NCBI GenBank assembly: GCA_963724765.1
Contig: CAVRVY010000003.1
Coordinates: 864,001-928,000, forward strand
Reading direction: 5' to 3'
DNA length: 64,000 nt
Source: an uncultured delta proteobacterium
Lineage (GTDB): Bacteria > Desulfobacterota > Binatia > Binatales > Binataceae
The notes under the pieces: model-generated
Seen by the model: the letters and a program-made list of their open reading frames with translations, nothing else
What the model was told of the DNA's origin: nothing
Database searches by the model: none
Translations under genes and position numbers: made by a program
Part shown: one piece after another, positions 47,949 to 59,614 of the stretch
Layout: every line of letters starts with the position of its first letter
Position numbering within the stretch: the first letter of the stretch is position 1

Positions 47949-49598
47949 CTACGCCGTCACGAAGGCTCCGCGCACGCGGTCGATCAAGCCCGTGGAATCG
48001 TCCGGCGGCCTGTCGCCACGCCAGGCCACATGCTGATCGGGGCGCGAGAGGACCAGCTTGCGCGGATAGAGCGAGGCAGCCTCGTCAGCCTCTACGTCGA
48101 GCACTACCATCGGTACGCCACGCTGCGCCGCTGCCGCTACGAGGCCGCCTGCCTCGACGGCAGGATCGAAACGGAGCAACGTGAAGTCGGGACCCAACGC
48201 GTCGTACAGCGATCTCCCGTCGCGCAACCATAGATGTGGCGTGCGGCATCCGGGGACCGTGGACTGGCTGAAGTCATATATCGTGTATCCGGGCGGCTGC
48301 TCGCCGTCATAGGCGATTATCGGAGAGGCGTCGTAAAAATAGCCGAAGTTGAGCCCGCCGCAGCAGAACTGGCCGAGGTTGATTTCGTAGGCTTGGCGGC
48401 CGATGCGCTCCCGGGCTGTATCGCCCAGCGCACCGGGCGCTTCGATCTCCTCGGGGATCGCGCCGCGCTGCGAGGCTAGCGCCAGTGCGGTGTCCATCGC
48501 GTAGCGCGAGACCTGCTCGGTGATGGGCTGGCGCTCGAGCGGGGAGGCGTCGAGCAGCGCCGCCGCGCCCCATCCTCTGATTACGCCGGCCAGCATCCAC
48601 GACAGGTTCATCGCATCGGCAATCCCGGCATTCATGCCGTAACCGGCGTTCGGCACCCAGATATGGGCCGAGTCGCCGCACAAAAAAACGCGCCGGTCGC
48701 GGAAGCGATCGGCGATCATGCGCCGGCCGATCCACTCTTCGCGGCCGAGAATCTCGATCCAGAACGAATCCTCCACACCCAGGATCTGGCGCAGACAGCG
48801 CTCGCCGTCGACGTCCGCGAAGCGCTCGGCCGGGCGAAGATAGTTGTGCACGAGCCAGCGCTCGCGACCGTCGATCGCGAACATGTTGCCGCAGCGGCGC
48901 GGATTGAGCGAAGTGTTCCCCCATGCCGGCCGCGACATCATCCCCAGCAGTCCCGGCGCGCGAATATAGAACGACTGGGTCGGCATCACTACCGCGTCGC
49001 CACTTAAGGTGGCGCCGATCGCGCGGCGGACTTCGGAATGAGCGCCGTCACAGCCGACCAGGTACCGGGCGAAGATCTCCCGTACTTCGCCGGTGGCGAA
49101 ATCCTCGGCGGTTGCCACCACCCCGGTTTCGTTCTGCTCGAGGCCGACGACTCGCGTACGGCTCAGGATGCGCAATCCAGGCATCGCAGCGGCGTGCGAG
49201 AACAGTATGGGCTCGAGGTAAATCTGGTTGATACGATGCGGCGGTTCGGGAGTCGGCCACCAGGTGTCAGGCCCGCCACTGGCCGTGTAGCGCTCTGCGC
49301 GGCATGGAATTGGGGTACGCGCGAGCTCGATCCCGGTCGCCGCCGTGCGGAAGGCGACGTCGTTTGGATAGTCGGCCGGCAGACCAGCGTCGCGCACCGC
49401 GCTGACGACGCCGAGCCGGCGGAAGATCTCCATAGTGCGCGCGGCAACGTGGTTGCATCTCACGCTGGGTGGTTCACCGGCCGCGCGTGTTTCGGCGATC
49501 GTTACTTCGACGCCCCTGCGGGCGAGGTCCATCGCCAATGTCAGCCCGACGGGCCCAGCGCCGACAATCAGCACCTGAGCATTGATGACCGTCGACAT
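47949..49598 (-). CDS. FAD-dependent monooxygenase (PheA/TfdB-like)
   Basis: GAGPVG, GCDG, GDSAH..P..GYGMN.G, RPDQHVAWR. Confidence 0.92.
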   Translation of the reverse strand: MSTVINAQVLIVGAGPVGLTLAMDLARRGVEVTIAETRAAGEPPSVRCNHVAARTMEIFRRLGVVSAVRDAGLPADYPNDVAFRTAATGIELARTPIPCRAERYTASGGPDTWWPTPEPPHRINQIYLEPILFSHAAAMPGLRILSRTRVVGLEQNETGVVATAEDFATGEVREIFARYLVGCDGAHSEVRRAIGATLSGDAVVMPTQSFYIRAPGLLGMMSRPAWGNTSLNPRRCGNMFAIDGRERWLVHNYLRPAERFADVDGERCLRQILGVEDSFWIEILGREEWIGRRMIADRFRDRRVFLCGDSAHIWVPNAGYGMNAGIADAMNLSWMLAGVIRGWGAAALLDASPLERQPITEQVSRYAMDTALALASQRGAIPEEIEAPGALGDTARERIGRQAYEINLGQFCCGGLNFGYFYDASPIIAYDGEQPPGYTIYDFSQSTVPGCRTPHLWLRDGRSLYDALGPDFTLLRFDPAVEAGGLVAAAAQRGVPMVVLDVEADEAASLYPRKLVLSRPDQHVAWRGDRPPDDSTGLIDRVRGAFVTA

Positions 49599-49702
49599 TA
49601 CCTACCCATACGCCATCGCACCTGTTGCTCGCGAGGGAGGCCGTGCATCGTTGGTAAGAAAACTTTGATCCGGGAACGGCTTGCGGCTAGGCTCTAGACG
49701 CG

Positions 49703-50020
49703 ATGCCTGGACCGCTGCTTAGCGAAGTCTTGCCCGACCTGGTTGAGGAGATGGCATTCCTGCTCCGCGAGCGCGGCGCGGAGCCGCTTTGCGATCAGTT
49801 GCGTGCGCTGCAGATCGAATCGATATGCGACTGCGGCGACGACAATTGCGCGAGCTTCGCCACCGCGTCCGAGGTCAAGGTCGCTAGCACCGTCGAGTTG
49901 CAGGCGATGGAAGGGTTCCTGATCGTCGATCTGAACGCCAGCGGCCAAATCTGCTTCATCGAGGTGCTCCATCGTCCCGACGTGAAATACCTGCTCGAAG
50001 AACATTACGCGACCGAGTAA
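49703..50020 (+). CDS. Hypothetical acidic protein with CxCxxxxC motif
   Basis: CDCGDDNCASF; fills the intergenic gap. Confidence 0.6.
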   Translation: MPGPLLSEVLPDLVEEMAFLLRERGAEPLCDQLRALQIESICDCGDDNCASFATASEVKVASTVELQAMEGFLIVDLNASGQICFIEVLHRPDVKYLLEEHYATE

Positions 50021-50049
50021 CAAGACGCGGCAAGTAAGGCGGTGCTCGA

Positions 50050-50793
50050 GTGGTAAAGAGAATTTTTCTGGCAGGGGCGACAGGTGCTGTCGGGCGGCGG
50101 ATGCTGCCACTATTGCGCGAGGCCGGTTACGCAGTGGCCGGCACCACGCGCGTCGCGTCCAAAGCTGAAGAGTTGCGCGCGGCCGGAATCATACCGGTCG
50201 TAGTTGACGTCTTCGACGCGGCCGCGCTCAGCGCCGCGATGCTTGCGGCGCGGCCCGACGTGGTCGTCCATCAGCTCACCGACCTGCCGCATGGCCTCAA
50301 GGCGGAACTGATGGCCGAGGGACTGATGCGCAACGCGCGCGTGCGTATCGAGGGCACGCGCAATCTGGTCGAGGCGGCGATGCGCGCGGGCGCGCGCCGA
50401 TTCATCGCCCAGAGTATCGCGTTCGTCTATGCGCCCGGGCGCGAGCCGCACGACGAAAGCGATCCGCTCATCTCGCCGGCCGAAGAGCCGTGGCGCTCTA
50501 CGATGGAAGGGGTCATGACGCTGGAGCGGCTGACGACCTCAGGCACGGGATTCGACGGCCTGGTCCTGCGCTATGGCATGTTCTACGGCCCCGGCACCGG
50601 GTTCGAGCTTGCGCCAGGCAAGCCGGCGGTGCATGTCGACGCGGCGGCGCAGGCGGCGATGCTCGCGATAGTGAGCGGGGCGCCGGGAATCTACAACGTC
50701 GCCGAGGACGACGGCGGGGTATCGGCCGCCAAAGCGCACCGCGAGCTGGGATGGGATCAGAACTTCAGGCTGAAAAATCCCACTCTCCGCTGA
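50050..50793 (+). CDS. NAD-dependent epimerase/dehydratase family protein
   Basis: AGATGAVG, VVHQLTDL, LRYGMFYGPG. Confidence 0.88.
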   Translation: MVKRIFLAGATGAVGRRMLPLLREAGYAVAGTTRVASKAEELRAAGIIPVVVDVFDAAALSAAMLAARPDVVVHQLTDLPHGLKAELMAEGLMRNARVRIEGTRNLVEAAMRAGARRFIAQSIAFVYAPGREPHDESDPLISPAEEPWRSTMEGVMTLERLTTSGTGFDGLVLRYGMFYGPGTGFELAPGKPAVHVDAAAQAAMLAIVSGAPGIYNVAEDDGGVSAAKAHRELGWDQNFRLKNPTLR

Positions 50794-50850
50794 TTCGCGC
50801 GAAACAATCTGGGCGCCTGCGCTTGTGCCGATGCGCGGGGGACATTGAGA

Positions 50851-51675
50851 TCAGCCCATCGCGCTCGCAGGTTCGGCGCTGCGCAGGGCGCTGACGAAAT
50901 CGATCACCTCGGAAGTCACGCGCTCCTTTTCGCTGTCGACCGTGATCACGTGGAAGCTCTCCTCCAGGATAACGGCGCGCTTTTGCGCGCTGCCTAGGCG
51001 TCTCAGCACGAACTCGACGTTGCGGCGCATCGGACAGGTATGGTCGCGCCGGCTATGAATGACGAGCGCGGGCTGGACGACGCGGCTAAGGCGCGGGCGC
51101 ACCGCTGCCGACAACTTCAGCAGCTCGAGCACGGCGCTGAGCGGCATCAGATTCGCCGATGGATGTGCGCCGCGGGCGGCGGCGTCATGGATGTCCGAGC
51201 CTTTGCCGCGCAAGTAGATGCGGTCGGCAAGCGGGCCGAGCACGCGTAGCGTCTTGAGCGGCCCGCGCACCCATAGCGGCAGAAAGAACGCCGGCGACAG
51301 CATCACCACTCCGGCCACCGCCTCGCCCTGATCGGCGGCCAGGCGCGCCGCCAGCAGCGCTCCCATTGAGAGCCCTATTACGGCCACCGGATCGCCATAG
51401 CGATGCAGCCGCTCGAAGCCCTCGACCACACTTTCGTACCATTGCGCGTGGGTTGTGGCGCCCAGTTCCTCGGATGCGCCCGCGTGACCTGCCAGGCGCA
51501 CGCCGCATACGCGCACACCAGAGGCGGCCAACCGCTCGCCCAGGTAGCGCATCTCGAACGGCGTGCCGCTCAGTCCGTGGATCAGCAGCGCGCTCACTCC
51601 AGCGCCGGGAAAGAAGAACTCGTTGGTGTCTATGACTGGCTTAGCTGGGTGGGGATCGTCGTCTGACGAACTCAT
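50851..51675 (-). CDS. Carboxylesterase (alpha/beta hydrolase)
   Basis: IHGLSG, GLSMG nucleophile, D..H triad (RDHT, SFHVIT). Confidence 0.88.
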   Translation of the reverse strand: MSSSDDDPHPAKPVIDTNEFFFPGAGVSALLIHGLSGTPFEMRYLGERLAASGVRVCGVRLAGHAGASEELGATTHAQWYESVVEGFERLHRYGDPVAVIGLSMGALLAARLAADQGEAVAGVVMLSPAFFLPLWVRGPLKTLRVLGPLADRIYLRGKGSDIHDAAARGAHPSANLMPLSAVLELLKLSAAVRPRLSRVVQPALVIHSRRDHTCPMRRNVEFVLRRLGSAQKRAVILEESFHVITVDSEKERVTSEVIDFVSALRSAEPASAMG

Positions 51676-51741
51676 TCGTTACTCCGCCTTTAAGGCTGCC
51701 CCTGTTTGCATTTTGGGTATCGAGCCTGGCGCCGGCCAATA

Positions 51742-53658
51742 CTACATCGAGGTGTCGGACCCTTGCTCCCCGGCAACCTCGGGACGCACAAAGATCTGGC
51801 CGCGCGCACGCAGATCCTGAACAAAGTTCTCCCAGGCCTGGGCCTGGCGCTGTTTGAGTACCCGATCTTTGAACGCGGCCTTCGCCGCCTTCCATTGATC
51901 GTCAGTGGGCGGCGTGCGGCCGGTGACCTCGAAGACATAGGCGTTGCCGTCGAGGCTGAGCGGGTGGTTGATGACCGCCGGTGTACGGGGTAGCAAGGAT
52001 GCCGCCTGCACCGCCTCGTGGAACTCGCCGATGCCGGGGATCGAGCTATCGGCGCGCGAGAAATCGCCCGTGGTATGTACCGCGAGCTTGGCCGCGGCGG
52101 CCGCCGCGGCGAACCCGGCGGAATCCTTGACCTGCTTGAGGAAACCGGTGGCCTGCACCAGCGCCTTGGCCTCGGCCATCTGGCGCACCAGTGCGCCGCG
52201 AACTTTAGCCTCGACATCGGTAAGCTTGGGCAGATAACTCGGCTTGCGCTCGACCAGCTTCACGATGTACTGCGCGTCGTGGCCGTTGATGACACGCACG
52301 TCGTTGGGGTTGAGTTTGAAAGCCTCCTGCACCAGGGTTGGGTCGGTAACCTCGGGCGTGCGCTCGCCGGCGGCCAGCAGCGGAGTCTTCACGAGGTCGA
52401 GGCCGCGCTTATCCGCCAGTCGCTGGAGTTGTTTGCCGTCTAACGCCTCGCCGAGATCCTGGTCGATCGCCTGATGGGCCTGCTCGATGCCGGCACGATG
52501 GCGCAGCGCCTCGATGATCCGCGGGCGCGCCTCCTGCAACGTATCGACATGGGCGAGCTTATGATCCTCGACCTGGATGACGTGGTAGCCGAACTGGGTC
52601 TGGACCACCGTCATCTCGCCGGCCTTCATCCGGAAGGCCGCATCGGCAAACGGCTTCACCATCTCGGCCTGCCCGAAATAGCCAAGCTCACCTCCACTGT
52701 TTTTCGTCCCGGGGTCATCGGAGAACTGCTTGGCGAGTTTGGCGAAGTCACCCCCGGCCTTGATCTGTTTCAAGAGATCGTCGGCCTTGGCCTTGGCGGC
52801 GGCCTTTTGCGCGGGCGTGGCGTCAGGCGCCACCGCGATCAGAATGTGACGGGCGCGAACTTGTTCAGGATGGGTTAGGGCGGAGTCGCGCTGGCGATTG
52901 TAGTAATTCTGGATCTCCTTGTCGGAGGGATTGACCTTGACCGCGAGCCTGTCGGGGTCGTAGCGGATGAAGTCGAGCGAGATGCGTTCGGGCTCGCGGA
53001 ATTGTTCGCGATGGCTCTGGAAGAAGTCCGCGATTTGCTTATCAGTGGGGCTGATAGTCGATTCAAAGCTTTTGTAGGATATTTCGACGTAAGTCATCGC
53101 GAGCTTCAGGTTGAGCAAGTCGTAGATCTGGCGTAGTTCCGCATCGCTGATCTCGACCGTCTGGGTGACCATCCGCTGCATCAGTTGCTGGAGCATCTCG
53201 AGCCGCACTTCGGACTCGAAGTCTGCCGGCCGCATATTCTGGCTGCGCAGGGCCGTCTGATAGATAGCCACGTCGAAATGGCCGTCGACCTGGAAGGCGG
53301 TTTGCGCCTCGATCATCTGCTCCAAGGCGGCATCGCTTATCCTAAGTCCCAAACGATTGGCTTCATCGAGCACAAGTTGTTGATCGATGAGCTGCTCGAG
53401 GGCCTGCTCGCGGACGTTGTAACGCGCCATCGCCGCGGCGGCCTCGGGTCCATAGACCTGTTCCAGTCGCTGGCGTAACTGTTCGGTTTGCTGGTCAACG
53501 TCCTTGGCCAGGATTTGATGGCCGTTGACCGTGGCCATCGGCTTTATTCGGGTAAACATGCCGGTGCTGACACCCCAAAAGGCGAACACCCCAATGAGCA
53601 CGATGACAACCGCACGGGTCAGCCACGAGTACGCGTGCTTGCGCATCAGTTCGAGCAT
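51742..53658 (-). CDS. ppiD: PpiD-like chaperone / parvulin PPIase
   Basis: N-terminal TM, SurA-like domain, VRARHIL, FAKLAKQFSDD, GGELG, TQFGYHVI. Confidence 0.85.
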   Translation of the reverse strand: MLELMRKHAYSWLTRAVVIVLIGVFAFWGVSTGMFTRIKPMATVNGHQILAKDVDQQTEQLRQRLEQVYGPEAAAAMARYNVREQALEQLIDQQLVLDEANRLGLRISDAALEQMIEAQTAFQVDGHFDVAIYQTALRSQNMRPADFESEVRLEMLQQLMQRMVTQTVEISDAELRQIYDLLNLKLAMTYVEISYKSFESTISPTDKQIADFFQSHREQFREPERISLDFIRYDPDRLAVKVNPSDKEIQNYYNRQRDSALTHPEQVRARHILIAVAPDATPAQKAAAKAKADDLLKQIKAGGDFAKLAKQFSDDPGTKNSGGELGYFGQAEMVKPFADAAFRMKAGEMTVVQTQFGYHVIQVEDHKLAHVDTLQEARPRIIEALRHRAGIEQAHQAIDQDLGEALDGKQLQRLADKRGLDLVKTPLLAAGERTPEVTDPTLVQEAFKLNPNDVRVINGHDAQYIVKLVERKPSYLPKLTDVEAKVRGALVRQMAEAKALVQATGFLKQVKDSAGFAAAAAAAKLAVHTTGDFSRADSSIPGIGEFHEAVQAASLLPRTPAVINHPLSLDGNAYVFEVTGRTPPTDDQWKAAKAAFKDRVLKQRQAQAWENFVQDLRARGQIFVRPEVAGEQGSDTSM

Positions 53659-53706
53659 GGTGCGTTCATCATATTTTGCGGCTTTTGATCGCGCAAATCG
53701 CGCTAG

Positions 53707-54885
<1,179 letters not shown>

Positions 54886-54931
54886 ATCATCCTGCCGATG
54901 ACGCCCTGAGGCATCGCCGAAGCACAAAGCG

Positions 54932-55783
54932 GTGAAAAACTACTTTCTGTGGCGTAATCGCGTTCCAATCACGGGCGCGGTTCTGCTGCTCATTTCCGCT
55001 CATTTTCTGTGGAGTGGAGTGCGCCCCGACCAGCGGGTCGCCAGGCCGCGCGGCCTGGTGATGGAGGGGTTGGCCCCGGTGCAGATTGCGGTCGCCCGCC
55101 TGGCCGACGGCGGGGCCGGCATCATTAACGACTACTTCGACCTGGTCGGCGTGCAGCGGGAGAACACGCGGCTGCGGGCCGAGCTCGCGCGCGAGGAAAC
55201 CCAACGCGCACGGCTGGCCGAGCTGGAGGCCGAGAACCTCCATCTGAGCGACATGCTCGAGCTCAAGCAAGCGCTGGCGCTGAAATCGGCGGCGGCCAAC
55301 GTGATCGGCGCCGACGCCTCGGGCCTCGCCCGCACACTGGTGTTGGAGGGCGGCTCCGATCAGAGTTTCGAGGCCGGGATGGCAGTGCTGTCGACCGAGG
55401 GTGTGGTCGGCAAGCTCATCGCGGTGGGTCCGAGTTCTTCGCGCGTGCTGCTGATCAACGACCATAACTCGGCGCTCGACGCCTTCGACCAGCGCTCGCG
55501 TGTGCGCGGCATCGTGGCCGGCGTGGTCGACGACGGTCTGGTGTTGAAATACGTCGACCGCTCGGAGGATGTGAAGAGCGGGGATACAGTAGTTACCTCG
55601 GGCCTGGACGGGATTTTCCCGCGCGGGCTGCTGGTGGGCGAAGTCACGTCGGTGGTGCGCGAGGGGCCCGGGTTGTTCCTGACCGTCAATGTCGCGCCGG
55701 CGGCCGACTTTCGCCGCCTCGAACAGGTGCTGGTCGTGACCCAGCGGATTCCCCAACCGCCACCGGCGGAGCCGAAGGGCTAA
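54932..55783 (+). CDS. mreC: MreC
   Basis: TM, coiled coil, VVTSGLDGIFPRG; operon position. Confidence 0.93.
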   Translation: MKNYFLWRNRVPITGAVLLLISAHFLWSGVRPDQRVARPRGLVMEGLAPVQIAVARLADGGAGIINDYFDLVGVQRENTRLRAELAREETQRARLAELEAENLHLSDMLELKQALALKSAAANVIGADASGLARTLVLEGGSDQSFEAGMAVLSTEGVVGKLIAVGPSSSRVLLINDHNSALDAFDQRSRVRGIVAGVVDDGLVLKYVDRSEDVKSGDTVVTSGLDGIFPRGLLVGEVTSVVREGPGLFLTVNVAPAADFRRLEQVLVVTQRIPQPPPAEPKG

Positions 55784-55790
55784 GAGGTTC

Positions 55791-56318
55791 GTGCGCTTGG
55801 TCGCGTTGTTCGCCGTTTTAACCCTGATTGCCCTGGCGATTCAGACCACGGCCTCGCGCTGGCTGCCACTGGGTGCGCTGGTTCCCGACCTGGTGCTGGT
55901 GCTGGCGGTCGATCTTGGATTGCGGCATCGGCGCGCGCTTGCGCCTATAATGGCGTTCGCGATGGGCTACGCGATGGACTCTTTTTCCGGCTCGCAGCTC
56001 GGGGTCAACACCTTTGCCGTGACCCTGACTTACCTGCTCGCATATGAAGTCGGGGCTCATACCTCCGCCACCGGGCTGGAGGCCGGCGCTGTGCTGGCTT
56101 TCGTTGCGGTATTGATCCAGAGCCTGGGTGGCTTTCTCCTGAGCACGCAGTTTCGCGCCCCCGACCAGCTCTGGTCGCTGTTGCCGGCCGCGCTGTTGCA
56201 GGCGACGGTGACCGCGGTCATCGCGCCGCCGATATTCGGATTGACCGCGGCCCTCAGGCGAATGTTGGGGCTGAGCCAGGAACGCCGCACGCGCGGCTGG
56301 GTCTCGCGAGGAGCCTGA
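55791..56318 (+). CDS. mreD: MreD
   Basis: Polytopic membrane protein, PDLVL; lies between mreC and mrdA. Confidence 0.85.
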   Translation: MRLVALFAVLTLIALAIQTTASRWLPLGALVPDLVLVLAVDLGLRHRRALAPIMAFAMGYAMDSFSGSQLGVNTFAVTLTYLLAYEVGAHTSATGLEAGAVLAFVAVLIQSLGGFLLSTQFRAPDQLWSLLPAALLQATVTAVIAPPIFGLTAALRRMLGLSQERRTRGWVSRGA

Positions 56319-56320
56319 AC

Positions 56321-58264
56321 GTGGCGCGCTGGCGTTATTACAACAGCAGCAAACAGTCGCGCGCGATTCCCCGCATCGAGCCGCGCCTCGCCATTCTTTC
56401 CGTACTGATCGCCATGGTATTGGCCGTGGTCACGGTGCGCCTCTACTACCTGCAGATCATCCGGCACAAGGAATTCGTCGAACTCGCCGACCGCAACCGC
56501 ATCCGCATTCATCGCCAGCCGGCGCTGCGCGGCCTGGTCTTCGACGTTCATCATCGCCCGCTGGTCGACACCCGGCCGTCATTCGACGCGGTGATGGTGC
56601 CCGAGGACGTGCGCAACATTAAACAGACGGTCGTACGCCTGGAGGACCTTCTCGGCCAGGACAACGTCGCCGCCAAGCTGAGCGAGGCCGAGGATGAGGG
56701 ACGGCCGCCGTTTGACCCGGTCACGGTCGAGGAACACCTGGGCTGGCAACAGGTGGTCTCGCTGGAGACCCATCAGCTCCAGCTACCGGGCGTCAGTCTC
56801 GAGGTGATGCCGCAGCGCCATTACATCTACGGATCGCTGGCGGCGCATCTGCTCGGCTACGTGGGCGAGGTCGCCGAGGGCGATCTGCGCCACGCCAATG
56901 ACTATCGGATGGGCGACGAGATCGGAAAATTCGGGCTGGAGCGCGTGTTCGAGAGCCAATTGCGCGGCCAGGCCGGAGGCCAGGAGATCGAGGTCGATTC
57001 GGTCGGCCGCAGGCTCAAGCTGCTCCGCGAGATTCCCGAGATTCCTGGCCAGAGCGTGGTGCTCAGCCTCGACCTCGACCTCCAGCAGGCGGCCGAAAAG
57101 GCGATGGGTAACTGGTCCGGCGCGCTGGTCGCGATCGATCCCAATACCGGCTACATCCTCGCGATGGTCTCGCATCCGACCTTCGACCCCAACATCTTCG
57201 CCAACGGCATCACCTCGGTGCAGTGGCACGGGCTGACCACCGACCCCGCGCATCCGCTGGCCAACCGCGCCATCGCAGGCACCTATCCGCCGGGCTCGAC
57301 CTTCAAGCTGATCGACGCGATCGCCGGGCTGGAAGACCGCACGCTCACTCCTGAAACCACCTACTTCTGCCCCGGCGGGCTGTACTACGGCAATCGCGAA
57401 TATCATTGCTGGCGCAAGCAGGGCCACGGCACGCTCTCGGTGCATCGCGCGATCGTCGGCTCGTGCGACGTCTTCTTCTACCAGGTCGGCATCCATCTCG
57501 GCATCGATCGCCTGTCGCAGTGGGCGCACATGCTCGGCCTGGGCGAGAAGAGCGGGATCGATCTCGAGAACGAACGGCCGGGCGTGATGCCCTCGTCGCT
57601 CTGGAAGGAGAAGCGCTTCCATCAGCGATGGTACCCGGCGGAGACGCTGTCGGTCGCGATCGGACAGGGCTACGTCGCGGCGACCCCGCTGCAGATGGCG
57701 ATGGTCGCGGCCGAGATCGCCAACGGTGGCACCCGCTACAAGCCGCAGTTCGTCAAAGAGGAAGAAGCGCTCGACGGCTCCGTGGTCAAGCGATTTCCGC
57801 CGATCGTCGAACGCCGCATCCCGTTCGACCCGGTCGTGCTCGACGTCGTGCGCAGCGCCATGTGCGACGTGGTCAACGGCGCGGGCGGCACCGGCCATGC
57901 GGCCCACCTCGACAACATCACCGTGTGCGGCAAGACCGGCACTTCGCAGGTGGTGAAGGAAGCCGGCAACGCGCGCATCCCGGAGGACAAGGAACCGCTG
58001 AAATACCGCGACCACGGATGGTTCGTGGCGTACGCGCCGAGCGACCATCCGCAAATCGCCATCGCCGCCGTGACCGAGCACGGCGGGCACGGCGGAAGTT
58101 CGGCCGGGCCGGTCGTGCACGACGTGCTGCAGAAGTTCTTCGAGCTCTATCCGCCGCCAGGCAGCAAGCCGGCCGTGCTGGGAACCGGTGCGCCGCAGGC
58201 GGCCCCGCCGAGCCCGGCTCCCGTAAGCCCGCCCGAGGGCTCGGTCGCCGAGCGCGGCGACTGA
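56321..58264 (+). CDS. mrdA: Penicillin-binding protein 2
   Basis: STFK, SCD and KTG motifs. Confidence 0.96.
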   Translation: MARWRYYNSSKQSRAIPRIEPRLAILSVLIAMVLAVVTVRLYYLQIIRHKEFVELADRNRIRIHRQPALRGLVFDVHHRPLVDTRPSFDAVMVPEDVRNIKQTVVRLEDLLGQDNVAAKLSEAEDEGRPPFDPVTVEEHLGWQQVVSLETHQLQLPGVSLEVMPQRHYIYGSLAAHLLGYVGEVAEGDLRHANDYRMGDEIGKFGLERVFESQLRGQAGGQEIEVDSVGRRLKLLREIPEIPGQSVVLSLDLDLQQAAEKAMGNWSGALVAIDPNTGYILAMVSHPTFDPNIFANGITSVQWHGLTTDPAHPLANRAIAGTYPPGSTFKLIDAIAGLEDRTLTPETTYFCPGGLYYGNREYHCWRKQGHGTLSVHRAIVGSCDVFFYQVGIHLGIDRLSQWAHMLGLGEKSGIDLENERPGVMPSSLWKEKRFHQRWYPAETLSVAIGQGYVAATPLQMAMVAAEIANGGTRYKPQFVKEEEALDGSVVKRFPPIVERRIPFDPVVLDVVRSAMCDVVNGAGGTGHAAHLDNITVCGKTGTSQVVKEAGNARIPEDKEPLKYRDHGWFVAYAPSDHPQIAIAAVTEHGGHGGSSAGPVVHDVLQKFFELYPPPGSKPAVLGTGAPQAAPPSPAPVSPPEGSVAERGD

Positions 58265-58275
58265 GCGGCATCGCG

Positions 58276-59379
58276 ATGGCGCTGGACCGGCGGCTCGTTT
58301 ATCACTTCGACTGGACCCTGTTCATGATGACGCTTGGGCTGGCGGGCGTCGGCCTGTTGAGCGTGCTGAGCGCGTCGTGGGGCGGTCCCAAGCATGTGCT
58401 TGACCCTCTGGTGGTGCGTCAGTTGGTCTGGATCGGGGTGGGCACGGCGCTGATGGCGGCGGCGGCGTTTTTTGATTACCGCGCGCTCGCGACCTACGCC
58501 TACCCGCTCTATGCGATGACGGTCGGGCTGCTGGCCGCGGTGATGGTGGCAGGGCACGTGACCGGCGGCTCGCGCCGCTGGCTCAATCTCGGTGTGCTCC
58601 GGCTGGAGCCGTCGGAACTGGCCAAGCTCGCGCTGGTGCTGGTGATGGTGCGTTACCTGCGCGAGGAACCACCGCGCGGCGGATGGAGCTTTCGTCAGAT
58701 GATCATCCCGGCGGTGCTGCTGGGCGTGCCGATGGCGTTGGTGCTAAAGCAGCCCGACCTCGGCACCGGGATCATCCTGGCCATGGTGACCGCGACGCTG
58801 GTGTTCGCCGGCGGACTCAACGGACGCGTGCTGCTGATCGCGATGTTGGCGGCGGCGCTGGCCGCTCCCGCCGGTTGGCATTACCTCAAGCCCTACCAGA
58901 AGCAGCGTCTGGTGAGTTTCATCAATCCGGAATCCGACCCGCTCGGCGCCGGCTACCATGTCATCCAGTCCGAAATCGCGATTGGCGCGGGCGGCGCGTG
59001 GGGCAAGGGTTTTCTTAAGGGCACCCAGGCGCGGCTGAATTTTCTTCCCGAGCAGACCACCGACTTCATCTTTTCGGTTTTTGCCGAGGAGTTCGGCTTC
59101 GCGGGATCGATCCTGCTGATGGCGCTGTATGCGGGAGTGATCGCGCGCGGGCTCTGGATCGCGCGCCACGCTCGCGACCGCTTCGGCCAACTGCTCGCGG
59201 TGGGACTTACCGCAATCGTGTTCTGGCAGGTCGCAATCAACATCGGGATGGCGAGCGGGGTGCTACCGGTGGTAGGAATCCCGCTGCCGCTGGTGAGCTA
59301 TGGAGGTTCGTCGCTGATCGCGATGATGGCGGCGATGGGCGTGATGATCAGCATCAACACCCGCCGCTACCTCTTCTAA
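58276..59379 (+). CDS. rodA: Rod shape-determining protein RodA
   Basis: RRWL, EPSELAK, KQPDLGT, PEQTTDFIF, PLPLVSYGGSS. Confidence 0.96.
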   Translation: MALDRRLVYHFDWTLFMMTLGLAGVGLLSVLSASWGGPKHVLDPLVVRQLVWIGVGTALMAAAAFFDYRALATYAYPLYAMTVGLLAAVMVAGHVTGGSRRWLNLGVLRLEPSELAKLALVLVMVRYLREEPPRGGWSFRQMIIPAVLLGVPMALVLKQPDLGTGIILAMVTATLVFAGGLNGRVLLIAMLAAALAAPAGWHYLKPYQKQRLVSFINPESDPLGAGYHVIQSEIAIGAGGAWGKGFLKGTQARLNFLPEQTTDFIFSVFAEEFGFAGSILLMALYAGVIARGLWIARHARDRFGQLLAVGLTAIVFWQVAINIGMASGVLPVVGIPLPLVSYGGSSLIAMMAAMGVMISINTRRYLF

Positions 59380-59380
59380 G

Positions 59381-59614
59381 ATGAAGGCGCTGGGACTGAT
59401 GGCGCGCGTGGTCGTGGCAGTGCTGCTCGCGGTGGCACTCACGGCGGCGACGACCAAGGGATGCAACCTGGTCTCCGCGCCTAACTCGTCGCGCGTGCTG
59501 CTCGGGCTGGTGATCCTCGCGGTCTCATGGGCGATCGCGATCGCCTACATCACCTGGCTCTATATCGTGATCGCAAGTTGGGCCAATCGGATGAAATGGG
59601 AGAGGCTTAAATGA
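59381..59614 (+). CDS. Small two-TM hypothetical protein
   Basis: Starts 1 nt after the rodA stop; its stop overlaps the next ATG (ATGA). Confidence 0.6.
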   Translation: MKALGLMARVVVAVLLAVALTAATTKGCNLVSAPNSSRVLLGLVILAVSWAIAIAYITWLYIVIASWANRMKWERLK

